In this document: in pieces, positions 9,370-17,946 of the stretch | Layout of the letters: each line of letters opens with the position of its first letter | How positions within the stretch are numbered: position 1 is the stretch's first letter | Virus record (IMG/VR): IMGVR_UViG_3300020021_000010 | Span: 1-59,410 of that record | DNA length: 59,410 nt | Direction: 5' to 3' (one strand) | Source of the DNA: a virus | Taxonomy: Duplodnaviria > Caudoviricetes | The notes under the pieces: generated by a model | The model's database searches: none | What the model was told of the DNA's origin: nothing | The model's input: only the letters and a program-made list of their open reading frames with translations | Program-made: the position numbers and the translations under genes

Positions 9370-10341
9370 TCAGGCTATGGATGGCCCCTTGCGTGTTGGG
9401 GCGAGCATCGATTCGCAGTGGTATGGCAGGGCGACCATCGGCCGGGGCTGTTCCGCGTCGGCGGGGTCCATGAGGCCTTTGCCGATCGGCTGTGTGGTGT
9501 TCCACCACCATTTCAGCGCCTCGACAGCAGCCATTTTCACGTTCGCCGGCACCGTTTCCTGCCCGGCTTCGTAGCGAACGTGCACGTCCTGGCCGGCGTG
9601 TTCTCCGCCGCTGGCGAATGCCATCGCTCCCCCGCCCGCGGTCCTACGTGCGATGTAGCCGAGCTGCTTGTCGACGAGGACGCTGTAGACCTGTCCTGCG
9701 GCGGGGCTGTTGACGTTCAGGAGGTCGTACTCGATCGGCCCGCGGTACTCGCCGACCGCGAGAACGTTCAGGATCGGGGTTGTTCCGAACCCTGTGTGTG
9801 GGCGGTGGCGGAGGCTGATTGTCGATGATCCTCCCGCGTACCACTCGTCGAAGACCTGTGGCACGATCGGACCCGTGAGGTTCTCGATCAGGGGCCGGAC
9901 GGCTTCGATCCATTCCACGAGTTTGCTGTCATGCACCCGGTCGTTCGCGGGGATACTCAGACGGTCCTTGACCTCGGGGAGGCTGATGATCTGCCTCGTG
10001 CCGGGTGCGGTGAGGTTCTCCTCCACCCACACGGAGAGGTAGCCGTCGGTTGGAAAGGTCTGGGTCCCGCCGCCGTGGGCGAAGGTGACCTGCCAGCTCG
10101 CCATGTACATCCCCGGCTGAGCCGTGTCCTGGGCGCTGAAGGCGTACGACACGCCGCCTTCCAGTGCGCTCGTGATCGCCGGGGTGCCGGTGAGCCTCAC
10201 TGGAGTGGGGCTCGTGAGCTGCCGCAGGATGAGCGTGACGGTCGCACCCGTCAGGTTGACCTTTTCGCCGTTGCTATAGACGAGGGTCTCGGCGAGGATG
10301 GGCTGTTCGTCGCCCTGCTTGATTGAGAAGTCCGTGGGCAC
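9370..10341 (-). CDS. Head-tail adaptor (gp6/gp15-like) fused to an N-terminal BppU/Ig-like domain
   Basis: N-term IKQGD...VNLTGATV...TFPTDGY; C-term ISL.EVK..L and V.Y.AG...VPANVK.A adaptor motifs. Confidence 0.65.
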   Translation of the reverse strand: MPTDFSIKQGDEQPILAETLVYSNGEKVNLTGATVTLILRQLTSPTPVRLTGTPAITSALEGGVSYAFSAQDTAQPGMYMASWQVTFAHGGGTQTFPTDGYLSVWVEENLTAPGTRQIISLPEVKDRLSIPANDRVHDSKLVEWIEAVRPLIENLTGPIVPQVFDEWYAGGSSTISLRHRPHTGFGTTPILNVLAVGEYRGPIEYDLLNVNSPAAGQVYSVLVDKQLGYIARRTAGGGAMAFASGGEHAGQDVHVRYEAGQETVPANVKMAAVEALKWWWNTTQPIGKGLMDPADAEQPRPMVALPYHCESMLAPTRKGPSIA

Positions 10342-10379
10342 GCTCGCCCCCTTTGGGCTTGTCGTCGTAATCTGGGGGG

Positions 10380-10631
10380 ATGGCGAACCTGCCCCTACCC
10401 GGCCCGTGGTCTGTGATGAAGCGAGAGCGGGGAACGGTCACGATCAGCCAGCTTGAGAACGACAGGCATCAGGTCAGCGCACGAGGTGAGCTGGAGATCG
10501 ATGAGATCGTGCAAGGGCACGATGCCGCTACACGACGTGCCCGGGAGCTAGCGGAGCGGCTCGGGGCCAACACCATGCAGACGGCGGGCACTTGGCCAAT
10601 GCATAGCCACCGGCACCGACTCAGTCGCTAG
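10380..10631 (+). CDS. Hypothetical moron protein, probably leaderless
   Basis: Opposite strand to module; TAATCT at 10368-10373, 6 nt before ATG; stop abuts the convergent gene. Confidence 0.5.
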   Translation: MANLPLPGPWSVMKRERGTVTISQLENDRHQVSARGELEIDEIVQGHDAATRRARELAERLGANTMQTAGTWPMHSHRHRLSR

Positions 10632-11123
10632 TCACAAAAGCGGCGGACGTTCGCTAACCAGAGGCGTCGCAGCAACATCGCCAGAAGCACTCGCTCTATG
10701 CCCACCATGCTGCTCGACCGCCATGTTGTAGCGATCCATCATGTCGAGGATGTCCTGCGCCCGCTGATCGCCGTTCCGTCGACGGAACATGAGGAGCACG
10801 ACGAGACAAAAAATCGCGAAGGCGAAGGCGCCCCACCCTAGCGTCTCCATCTTTGCTCGATTCGCAGCTTCAGGGATTGACGTCGCGGCGACAGTGATCG
10901 CCACGGTCGCAGCGACGCTAAAGGCAGACATCGCGAGGGCGAACCAGGCCGAGCTCTCGATGCGCCCCTTCAGTTCCCGTTTGATGAGCGACTGGACGTG
11001 TTTGTAGTGGTCGTCAGTCATCGCGACCGCAGCCAGTGGGCGCTTGACGCTCAGCAGGTCCTCGGTGCCCGGCGGCGTGACGTTCCGTGCCGGCCTCACC
11101 TCGTGCCCACCTTCGACCTGCAT
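10632..11123 (-). CDS. Two-TM membrane protein (moron)
   Basis: Two hydrophobic helices (AWFALAMSAFSVAATVAITVAA; LGWGAFAFAIFCLVVLLMF). Confidence 0.65.
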   Translation of the reverse strand: MQVEGGHEVRPARNVTPPGTEDLLSVKRPLAAVAMTDDHYKHVQSLIKRELKGRIESSAWFALAMSAFSVAATVAITVAATSIPEAANRAKMETLGWGAFAFAIFCLVVLLMFRRRNGDQRAQDILDMMDRYNMAVEQHGGHRASASGDVAATPLVSERPPLL

Positions 11124-11137
11124 CGGCCGCTCCGTGG

Positions 11138-11437
11138 CTATGCGCTCGCCTCAATGACATGCTCAGCGGGGCTGTATTTGGCCAGCTCCTCGGACCAGTC
11201 CTCGTCCCTGAGAATGCCCGCTGTGATCGCGTTGATCTGAAGGGTGTAGCCGCAGTTGGTGCAGCCAACGAGGAGCACAGGCACGACATTGGTCGTGATT
11301 GGGCCCGTCGGGTTGAGGTTCGGCACCATTCCGAGCCTCCGCAGAGGCGTCCAGAGGTCCGTTTTGCAGACCGGGCACGGCCCGTGGTCCCACTTGTCCG
11401 TAAACCACTGGTTGAGCTTGTCGAGGTCGAGCTCCAT
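11138..11437 (-). CDS. Zinc-ribbon protein (moron)
   Basis: CPVC...W...CTNCGY. Confidence 0.7.
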   Translation of the reverse strand: MELDLDKLNQWFTDKWDHGPCPVCKTDLWTPLRRLGMVPNLNPTGPITTNVVPVLLVGCTNCGYTLQINAITAGILRDEDWSEELAKYSPAEHVIEASA

Positions 11438-11570
11438 GTCCGCCTATTCGCTCGCGTGTTCCATCGATCTGAGGCTACCATTTGCGCCCTCCCGACGTCA
11501 CGTCGGTTCCGTATTGCTCGAATGATCCCACTGCCAGTGCGTCTACCGAAGGTCACGCATAGCGGTAGAG

Positions 11571-14500
11571 CTACGGCGTCATCGAGAAGTACGGGATCGA
11601 CGCCGAGTTCGTGAGCGACGCGGCTTCGATTTCTGCTGGCAGGTCTGTTTGTTCGGCCTGTGCTGCGCAGAGGCGCGGTGATTCGCCGGCTTCTGTGCTC
11701 CCCACCGACGAGGAGATCGCGGCGATCGTCGGGGCCGCCGCCGTTGTGACGACGAGCAGCCCGATCGCATAGCGCGAGCCAGCCACCTTCGCCCACGTCG
11801 CTGAGAGGTTCTTCGAGTACCGGGTGTTCGCTGCTGCAAGCAGCGTCGTGTCGCTCGGGGTCGATGCTACGAGCGCCAGGGCGCCGGCTTCAGAGACCGA
11901 GTAGACACCCAGCCGGATCAGCGAGGGAGTCGCAGCGGCGGCCGTGGCGGTCGTAACGACCCGGAGCGTTTTGATCGTCTCGGACTTACGGGCGGTGAAG
12001 AACGCCAGCCGCAGTAGTTTGGTCGTCGCTGCGATCGTCGTCGCCGCAGCCGATTCGCGGGGAACGGTGCTCTCGCCGGCTGTCAGCTCGTTCGCGCCAA
12101 CCAGCAGCGCGATCCATGTGCCGCCGTTGTTGGCGATCGCGCTCGTAGCGCACACGCAGCGGATGCCCGAAGGTGTCAGCGTGTACAGGTCGCCCGCTTT
12201 CTGCCATGAGCCCGTCGTCGGGATTTCCGGGCCGAAGCTCTCAGCGACACCGTTGGAGTCGAGCAGCACGCGTCCTGTTGCCGTGTTGTTTTCAGCGGCT
12301 GCCGTGGTCTGAGCCGTCGGTTTGCCTTCCGTTGACCACGCCGCGCCCCCGATCGCCGATCCCATATCGGCCAGGTACGCCTGTCCCTGGGGCAGCACGA
12401 TCTCCACCCAGTCGGTGAAGACACCTTCTGCGGTGCCGTGTTCGAGGATGAAGCGGCACGCCTGCCCTGCTTCGATTTCGACGTTCGGGACTTCGCCTGC
12501 CGCGAGCGTGACCAGCTTTTCCGCGCCCATGTTCGTCTTGCGCCCGCGATCATCGACAGCGTAGCCCCGGTAATAGTGTTTGCCCGCAGCTCGCGTCGTC
12601 GGGGCCGCTTTAGCTTGGGTGCTGCCCGAAGCGAACTTGCTCAGCACGAGGTTTGGGGTCGAGAAGCGGTGCGTCGTGACCGAGTCGTTGTTGCCGCCGA
12701 GCGGACGCACCTCCCATGAGGAGGTCGAAGTGTTGTAGCGGATGATGCAGTCCGTGCTCGCGATCATCACGCGCCGGTTTGTGAGCTGCGTCTGCAGGCC
12801 TTCGTCGTCTGATTCGATGCGAATGCCGATCTTGGATCGCGAGTCGAACTGAGAGGCCGCGCTGGTCTGCTGGAAGCACTCTCCCCGCACGTTTATGAGC
12901 TTCAGGGTGGACTGCTTGGAGAACCCTTTCAGCTTGATCGCAACGCCGAGCAGGTTGCCACCAGGCTCGGCCTCACCCGCAGCTCCCGGTTCATCCAGCC
13001 TCTGCAGGAACCGCGTCATGTCGAGCGTCAGATCGGTCGCGCGATTGGCCACTTCAGTGTCGTCCACTTCTATGCACGGCCGCGCGGGATTCGCCAGCGT
13101 ATAGAGCCGAGAGTCCTGCACCTTGTAGACGCCGCCCCTGAACAGCAGCAGCGGACTCGTGGTCTTGCCGCCGACTTCGTTTGGGCCATCACCCTCCAGG
13201 TGGTTCTGCAACAGCGTGAAGCTGGCGGCGTCGAACTCATGGGTGCCGCTAACCGGGCACGCGAACACCCCGGAGCCATGCTTGCCGAGGTAGCCCTTCC
13301 CGGCGAAGGCCATGACCTGAGCGATGACCTTGCCGTCGCCTTCTTCGCTCTGGAGCGCGTAGCCGGTGACGGTGTGATCGGTGTGGACGCCCTTTACGAA
13401 GGTGTGATCGGTGTAGCCACGTTCGGTGACGCCGTTCTTGTAGTTTTCGCCGCTCATCACACCGTTGACGGCGAACGTGCGGCGGTAGGCGGACATGAAC
13501 GAGCCGCCGTCTCCGCTGCCGCTCCCAGCGATGCGGAAATCCCCGTCCAAGATGATGTCCGGGTGCTTGTAGAGCGCCGCGTTGACGTTGACGCCTTCGG
13601 CCGTTTCGTTGAACCGCGTCGCATACTGCCCTTCCGCCATCACCGGAAGGGTGATCGTTGGGCAACCCTCGAAGATGAAGTGGTATTTGAACGTCGCGAC
13701 ATTCCCGGTGACGTGTTCCTTGTTGCCGAGGACCGGGCCTTCTTTCAAAGCTATGTCGAGCGGCGTCAGCAGCGCCTTGCGCTGTTCTTCCATCGCTTTG
13801 AGCGCCGCCGCCCAGTCCACGACACCACCGGCTAGGAACTGCCTCACGTCGAGGACGGCGGTACTGCCGTTTACCACCGAACTCGGGAGATCCGCGGTCG
13901 TCAGCGGATCGCTGCCCGCTTCAGCGTGCGTCGAAGCGTGAGCGGTAGGCGTACGGGCATTCGTCAACCGGGAGTCCGTGCCAGCGACGATCCCACCATG
14001 CGCGGTAGTAGTCAGCGCCGCATGGGTGCTGTCCGCGGTTTCCCGCGCGCCTTTCTCGGCCGAGACGGCTGTTTCCCGGGCTGAGGTCTCCGTGGTCAGC
14101 GCCGTGGAGCTGGCCTTCGTCGCCTCCGCCGTTTCCGCGCGGGTTTTCTCGGTAGTGATCGCCGTGGAGTTTGATCCCTCGGCGGCCTCGGCGCGCGTGA
14201 TCTCCGCACCGAGTCCTACCGCTAAGGCGCTCTCGGCGCCTTCGGCCCTGCCCTTCTCAACGGCGACGCCAGCCGCAGCGACGGCCTCGGCTATCACCTC
14301 CGCGCCAGCTTCAGCTTCGGCCTTCGTGGTCCCGGGTGCGGCCTGCTGCGCATCCGGGCCCAGCGTGCGTAGCGACGGCACACCAGCCGCAGCGTCGCTC
14401 TGACTCCCGAGGGAGCCTGCCGTGAGGAGATGCAGCACTTCCTCACCCTGAGCATGAGAGACGGCGGTGCTTTCCACGCCGCGGGTGACCGTCCAGGTCT

Positions 14501-14687
14501 TTCCGTTGCTCGTAAACCCACCGGTCACGAGGGCGTACTCAGCGGCGCCCAAGAGAACTCGGAACTGGCCTTCTTTCTGCAACGCTTCCGGAGCGGCCTT
14601 CTGAACGGTGATCGTCGTAGCGTTCGACGTGCAGGCTTCGGCGAGCTGCGTGAAGAATGGGTTGGCGAAGAGTTCCGGCAGGCTCAT
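11571..14687 (-). CDS. Large fibre/spike protein with putative beta-helix depolymerase region
   Basis: 1038 aa: Ala/Glu/Thr coiled-coil repeats (E.TRA..AE), HASTHA..GSDP fibre motif, DVR.F...G..DW.AAL start of a pectate-lyase-like region. Confidence 0.65.
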   Translation of the reverse strand: MSLPELFANPFFTQLAEACTSNATTITVQKAAPEALQKEGQFRVLLGAAEYALVTGGFTSNGKTWTVTRGVESTAVSHAQGEEVLHLLTAGSLGSQSDAAAGVPSLRTLGPDAQQAAPGTTKAEAEAGAEVIAEAVAAAGVAVEKGRAEGAESALAVGLGAEITRAEAAEGSNSTAITTEKTRAETAEATKASSTALTTETSARETAVSAEKGARETADSTHAALTTTAHGGIVAGTDSRLTNARTPTAHASTHAEAGSDPLTTADLPSSVVNGSTAVLDVRQFLAGGVVDWAAALKAMEEQRKALLTPLDIALKEGPVLGNKEHVTGNVATFKYHFIFEGCPTITLPVMAEGQYATRFNETAEGVNVNAALYKHPDIILDGDFRIAGSGSGDGGSFMSAYRRTFAVNGVMSGENYKNGVTERGYTDHTFVKGVHTDHTVTGYALQSEEGDGKVIAQVMAFAGKGYLGKHGSGVFACPVSGTHEFDAASFTLLQNHLEGDGPNEVGGKTTSPLLLFRGGVYKVQDSRLYTLANPARPCIEVDDTEVANRATDLTLDMTRFLQRLDEPGAAGEAEPGGNLLGVAIKLKGFSKQSTLKLINVRGECFQQTSAASQFDSRSKIGIRIESDDEGLQTQLTNRRVMIASTDCIIRYNTSTSSWEVRPLGGNNDSVTTHRFSTPNLVLSKFASGSTQAKAAPTTRAAGKHYYRGYAVDDRGRKTNMGAEKLVTLAAGEVPNVEIEAGQACRFILEHGTAEGVFTDWVEIVLPQGQAYLADMGSAIGGAAWSTEGKPTAQTTAAAENNTATGRVLLDSNGVAESFGPEIPTTGSWQKAGDLYTLTPSGIRCVCATSAIANNGGTWIALLVGANELTAGESTVPRESAAATTIAATTKLLRLAFFTARKSETIKTLRVVTTATAAAATPSLIRLGVYSVSEAGALALVASTPSDTTLLAAANTRYSKNLSATWAKVAGSRYAIGLLVVTTAAAPTIAAISSSVGSTEAGESPRLCAAQAEQTDLPAEIEAASLTNSASIPYFSMTP

Positions 14688-14863
14688 GGGCGCACTTCGC
14701 CCGCTTCGTCACGCCTGGGCACTGGAGGACTAGCCGCTTCCACGAGACCTGGGAGTCCCCTTGGCAGCCCTCCTGCCCCTAGGCCGAGAACGATGTTGCC
14801 GAGCTGGGATAGCTTGCTGCCGAGCTGGGCGGTGCGCCCAGCAAATGAGCCGATCGTAGCCAT
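14684..14863 (-). CDS. Small hypothetical virion-module protein (59 aa)
   Basis: MATIGSFAGR...GEVRP*; GGAGG RBS, ATGA overlap with the fibre gene; below ORF-track cutoff. Confidence 0.55.
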   Translation of the reverse strand: MATIGSFAGRTAQLGSKLSQLGNIVLGLGAGGLPRGLPGLVEAASPPVPRRDEAGEVRP

Positions 14864-14872
14864 ACCAGCCTC

Positions 14873-15223
14873 CTAGATAAAAGTGACGCCGACAGGGCTC
14901 GTCGACCCCGAGGAGTGCAGGATCAGCGACGTGGTGCCAGCGGCCAGTGGGAGCACTGCGTAACCCTGTGCCGTGAGGGGCAGGCCAGCGTCGCCCGGGT
15001 TCAGGCTTGTGCGCAGTTTTACTTCGCCACCTTCGTAGTCTGCGGTGAAGACGACCACCGCTGCCGTCGTACCTTTCGGCACCGGGACAGCGTTGTCGCC
15101 GCTGACGAGTTCAAGCGTCTCGACAGCCCCGACGACGCTGCTGCCGGTCATCGTGCTCGGGCCGATGTCGATCTGCCCCGTGGGCCCTTCGGCCTTACCG
15201 CCGATCGTGATCTGTCCGGGCAT
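14873..15223 (-). CDS. Hypothetical virion protein
   Basis: Beta-rich ORF, coupled to the upstream gene within the head module. Confidence 0.55.
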   Translation of the reverse strand: MPGQITIGGKAEGPTGQIDIGPSTMTGSSVVGAVETLELVSGDNAVPVPKGTTAAVVVFTADYEGGEVKLRTSLNPGDAGLPLTAQGYAVLPLAAGTTSLILHSSGSTSPVGVTFI

Positions 15224-15468
15224 CAGACCGCCAGCTCATCGTTGCAGTCGGGGCACCTGTCGGCGATCATGTTGTGCTCGCACCTGGGCTTGGGTGGCCG
15301 ACCCTTTTTCGGGTTCGGAGCCATCGTGGTCTCCATCGGCTCCGGGATAACAGTCTCCCGGTAGCCCATCCGGTCGAGCTCCACATTCATGCAGCGCTCG
15401 ACACTCCGGTCCCCCCGTGAGCGGGCCTTTGCCCGCTCTTGGAGGAACATTTCCGCTCGAGGATGCAT
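15223..15468 (-). CDS. Small head-module protein with C-terminal Cys/His motif
   Basis: MHPRAEMF...KKGRPPK...CEH...CPDC; start 2 nt after the upstream stop. Confidence 0.55.
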   Translation of the reverse strand: MHPRAEMFLQERAKARSRGDRSVERCMNVELDRMGYRETVIPEPMETTMAPNPKKGRPPKPRCEHNMIADRCPDCNDELAV

Positions 15469-15470
15469 CT

Positions 15471-16088
15471 CTAGGAGAGGAAGACCAGGGGAGCCACGGC
15501 CTTGGAGGTCTGCGTGCCGAGAGTCGCTTCCGCTTTGGTCGAAAGCGAAGATCCCGCCGTGGCGGACAGGAACAGCGGTCCACCCGCATACCACTGGTAG
15601 CCAATCGCTTTCGGAGTGGCTGCCACAGCGGCCGTGGGAACCGTCGAAGCGGCAACCACGATCACCGCGTAGAGGAAACCGTTCGGAGCGTTCGTGCCGT
15701 TCGCTTCGACGGTCGATTCCAGCGTGAACGTGAACGGTGCTTCTTTCGCGATCGCCGCCGATCCTCCGTCTTTCGACTGCGCCAGAAGGGCTGGTGAGGC
15801 AACCCCTGAATACAACGCGGCGAACGAGTGCGTCGGCGTCCCCGCGGCCGTCGCGCCGACGAGGAACGTGACCTTGCTCAGAAGGTCCCCGGCGTCGACA
15901 GGGATCGGCACGACGCATGCAACTTCCGTGGCCGCCAGCGCGCCATCCGTCAGGCCACCGGCTCCGAAGAACGCGAGGTTCGTACGGATGCCCTTGTTGG
16001 CCTGTGATGCCTGGCCGTTGTTGCCCAACAGCTTCCTGTAGGGGTCCAGCAGTTGGTAGCTCGCGGCTACTAGATCAGGTCCAGCCAT
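15471..16088 (-). CDS. Putative capsid decoration protein
   Basis: Immediately after major capsid, strong GGAAGGAG RBS, Ala/Thr-rich beta protein. Confidence 0.55.
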   Translation of the reverse strand: MAGPDLVAASYQLLDPYRKLLGNNGQASQANKGIRTNLAFFGAGGLTDGALAATEVACVVPIPVDAGDLLSKVTFLVGATAAGTPTHSFAALYSGVASPALLAQSKDGGSAAIAKEAPFTFTLESTVEANGTNAPNGFLYAVIVVAASTVPTAAVAATPKAIGYQWYAGGPLFLSATAGSSLSTKAEATLGTQTSKAVAPLVFLS

Positions 16089-16171
16089 GATGATGCTCCT
16101 TCCGTTTCGACCACTCGGGGTCGAGGGTGACGGCCCGCCAGCAGAACGCCGGCGGGCCAGTGGTCGAACTG

Positions 16172-17806
16172 CTAGTAGGGCGTTCCGTCAACCGTCGTCG
16201 GCGGGGCGAACCCGGAGCCCGTAGCGATGGACACCGACTGTCCATACCGCTGCAGGAGGGCGACGTAGTTGTACAGGCGGAAGCGAATCTCCAGTGTTCC
16301 TGAGAGGGTCTGGTCGAACACGTCCGTCCGCACGTCACCCTCGAACAGCCAGATGTCATCCCAGATCGCACCGATCGCGATATCGGCGTCGCCTTTCGAC
16401 GCCGTTTCGTGCCCGGTATCCGTGATCGGCATGTTCGCGTCGATGTACGCCTTCGGCCCGAAGGGAACCCGGCCAACCAGGCCCTCAAACGGGGTCTGCT
16501 CACCGATGCTCGCCATCGTCGAGTTGAAGTTCTCGAAACCCCCACCCTCAACCAGCGGACGACCCACAGTGTCCGTGTACGTCGCGCCCCAGAACCAACG
16601 ACGGGGGTGCAAGAGGTACGCGAAGTCCTGCAGGTTGAAGCGGCTGTACGCCGTTTTCGACGCGACGGCCCCGAGGAGCTGGAAGAACCCCTGACCCGTA
16701 GGTGAGCCGGCAGTCCACGTTACTTTCGTGGATTCCCAGTTCGCTGCCGGATAGAGTCCGACGATCTGCCCGCCCGACAGCGGAGCTCCGGTACCGTTAC
16801 CGGAGATCACCTGCTGGTCGAGAGTCACGTCGTAGGCGCCCATCATGTCGCGGGTGACGACCTGATCGATGATCGTTCCCGGGGACTGCTCGATGAGCTG
16901 CAAGGGCAGATCAGCAAAGCCGGCGATTGTCTTCACGCCCGCGTTGATGAAGTTGTCCTTGATGTCCTGTGACGGGAGTGCCGCGCTGTCCTGGCTCTGC
17001 ACTCCGACAACGGTCGGGGTGGTGAGCTTCGGCACGTTGATCGAATCCGTCCCCCGGGGGAGGGGAATATGCCGCGCGAGTTCCGCCGCGACCCTTCCCG
17101 GACGCAAGTACGGGATGTACTCGTCGATCAGCCACAGCGGCGGCACGAAATATCCGCCCTGCCCCGGGGTCCTTGAGGGGGCGCGACTCTCAAATGGGTT
17201 CACCTCCATGTCGCGGGCCTCTACGCCGAGGCGTCCACGGGTGGCGCTCTCCCCCTCCTGGATGCGCTTCTCCGCATCGCGCTTGCGCTGCTCGTCACGC
17301 TTAGGGATGATGTCTTCCATCATCTTGCGGTGCGTCTCCTGACGCTCCTCCCAGCCGTCGATTTTCGGGCCGAGCTCGGAGCGGAGTTCCGGACGCATAC
17401 GGGCCGCCATATCCATGTAGTAGGACGCAGCGTTTTTGTCGCCCATCCGCGCGTAGACTTCGGGTTCGCTGGTGATTCGCACGGTGCCTTCGCGGGTGCT
17501 TGCGCGCTCCGCGATGTCCCGGCCACGCTCGACGAGTTCTTGGCGCCCGATGCGGAGATCGAGGCTGTTGATTTCCTTTTCTTTGCCCTGTAGGTCGGCG
17601 TTGAACTGCGTCTCCGCCTCGGCGAACTCGGTCCGCTGCTCCTCGGAGGGCTTCTCCTCGTCCTGCTCGGACTGCATGCGAACCTCGAACTCGGCCTGCT
17701 CTTTCTCGCGGGCCTCGATCAACGGGTCGATCTCGGCTGCCAATGCGGCCCTTTTCGCCTGGAGCTTCTCCAGCAGTGTCATCTCATCTGTAATGGTCTC
17801 GGGCAT
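16172..17806 (-). CDS. Major capsid protein (HK97 fold) with N-terminal coiled-coil delta domain
   Basis: GGYFVPP, INVPK, YLLHPRRW, GRPL motifs; strong GAAAGGA RBS. Confidence 0.9.
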   Translation of the reverse strand: MPETITDEMTLLEKLQAKRAALAAEIDPLIEAREKEQAEFEVRMQSEQDEEKPSEEQRTEFAEAETQFNADLQGKEKEINSLDLRIGRQELVERGRDIAERASTREGTVRITSEPEVYARMGDKNAASYYMDMAARMRPELRSELGPKIDGWEERQETHRKMMEDIIPKRDEQRKRDAEKRIQEGESATRGRLGVEARDMEVNPFESRAPSRTPGQGGYFVPPLWLIDEYIPYLRPGRVAAELARHIPLPRGTDSINVPKLTTPTVVGVQSQDSAALPSQDIKDNFINAGVKTIAGFADLPLQLIEQSPGTIIDQVVTRDMMGAYDVTLDQQVISGNGTGAPLSGGQIVGLYPAANWESTKVTWTAGSPTGQGFFQLLGAVASKTAYSRFNLQDFAYLLHPRRWFWGATYTDTVGRPLVEGGGFENFNSTMASIGEQTPFEGLVGRVPFGPKAYIDANMPITDTGHETASKGDADIAIGAIWDDIWLFEGDVRTDVFDQTLSGTLEIRFRLYNYVALLQRYGQSVSIATGSGFAPPTTVDGTPY

Positions 17807-17946
17807 CGCCGGACCGTCCTTTCATCGGGAGCCCTAGCGGGCGTTGGTTGACTCCCGGGCGGTCGCGGACCGGAGCAAGGACCAGCACGCGCGTAGAGGG
17901 CGTGAAGGTGCGGCTCCGGTGGACGACAATGCGGGTTACTGCAAGA

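Noticed and set aside
11571-14687. Diversity-generating retroelement target
   Set aside because: No reverse transcriptase and no TR/VR pair seen
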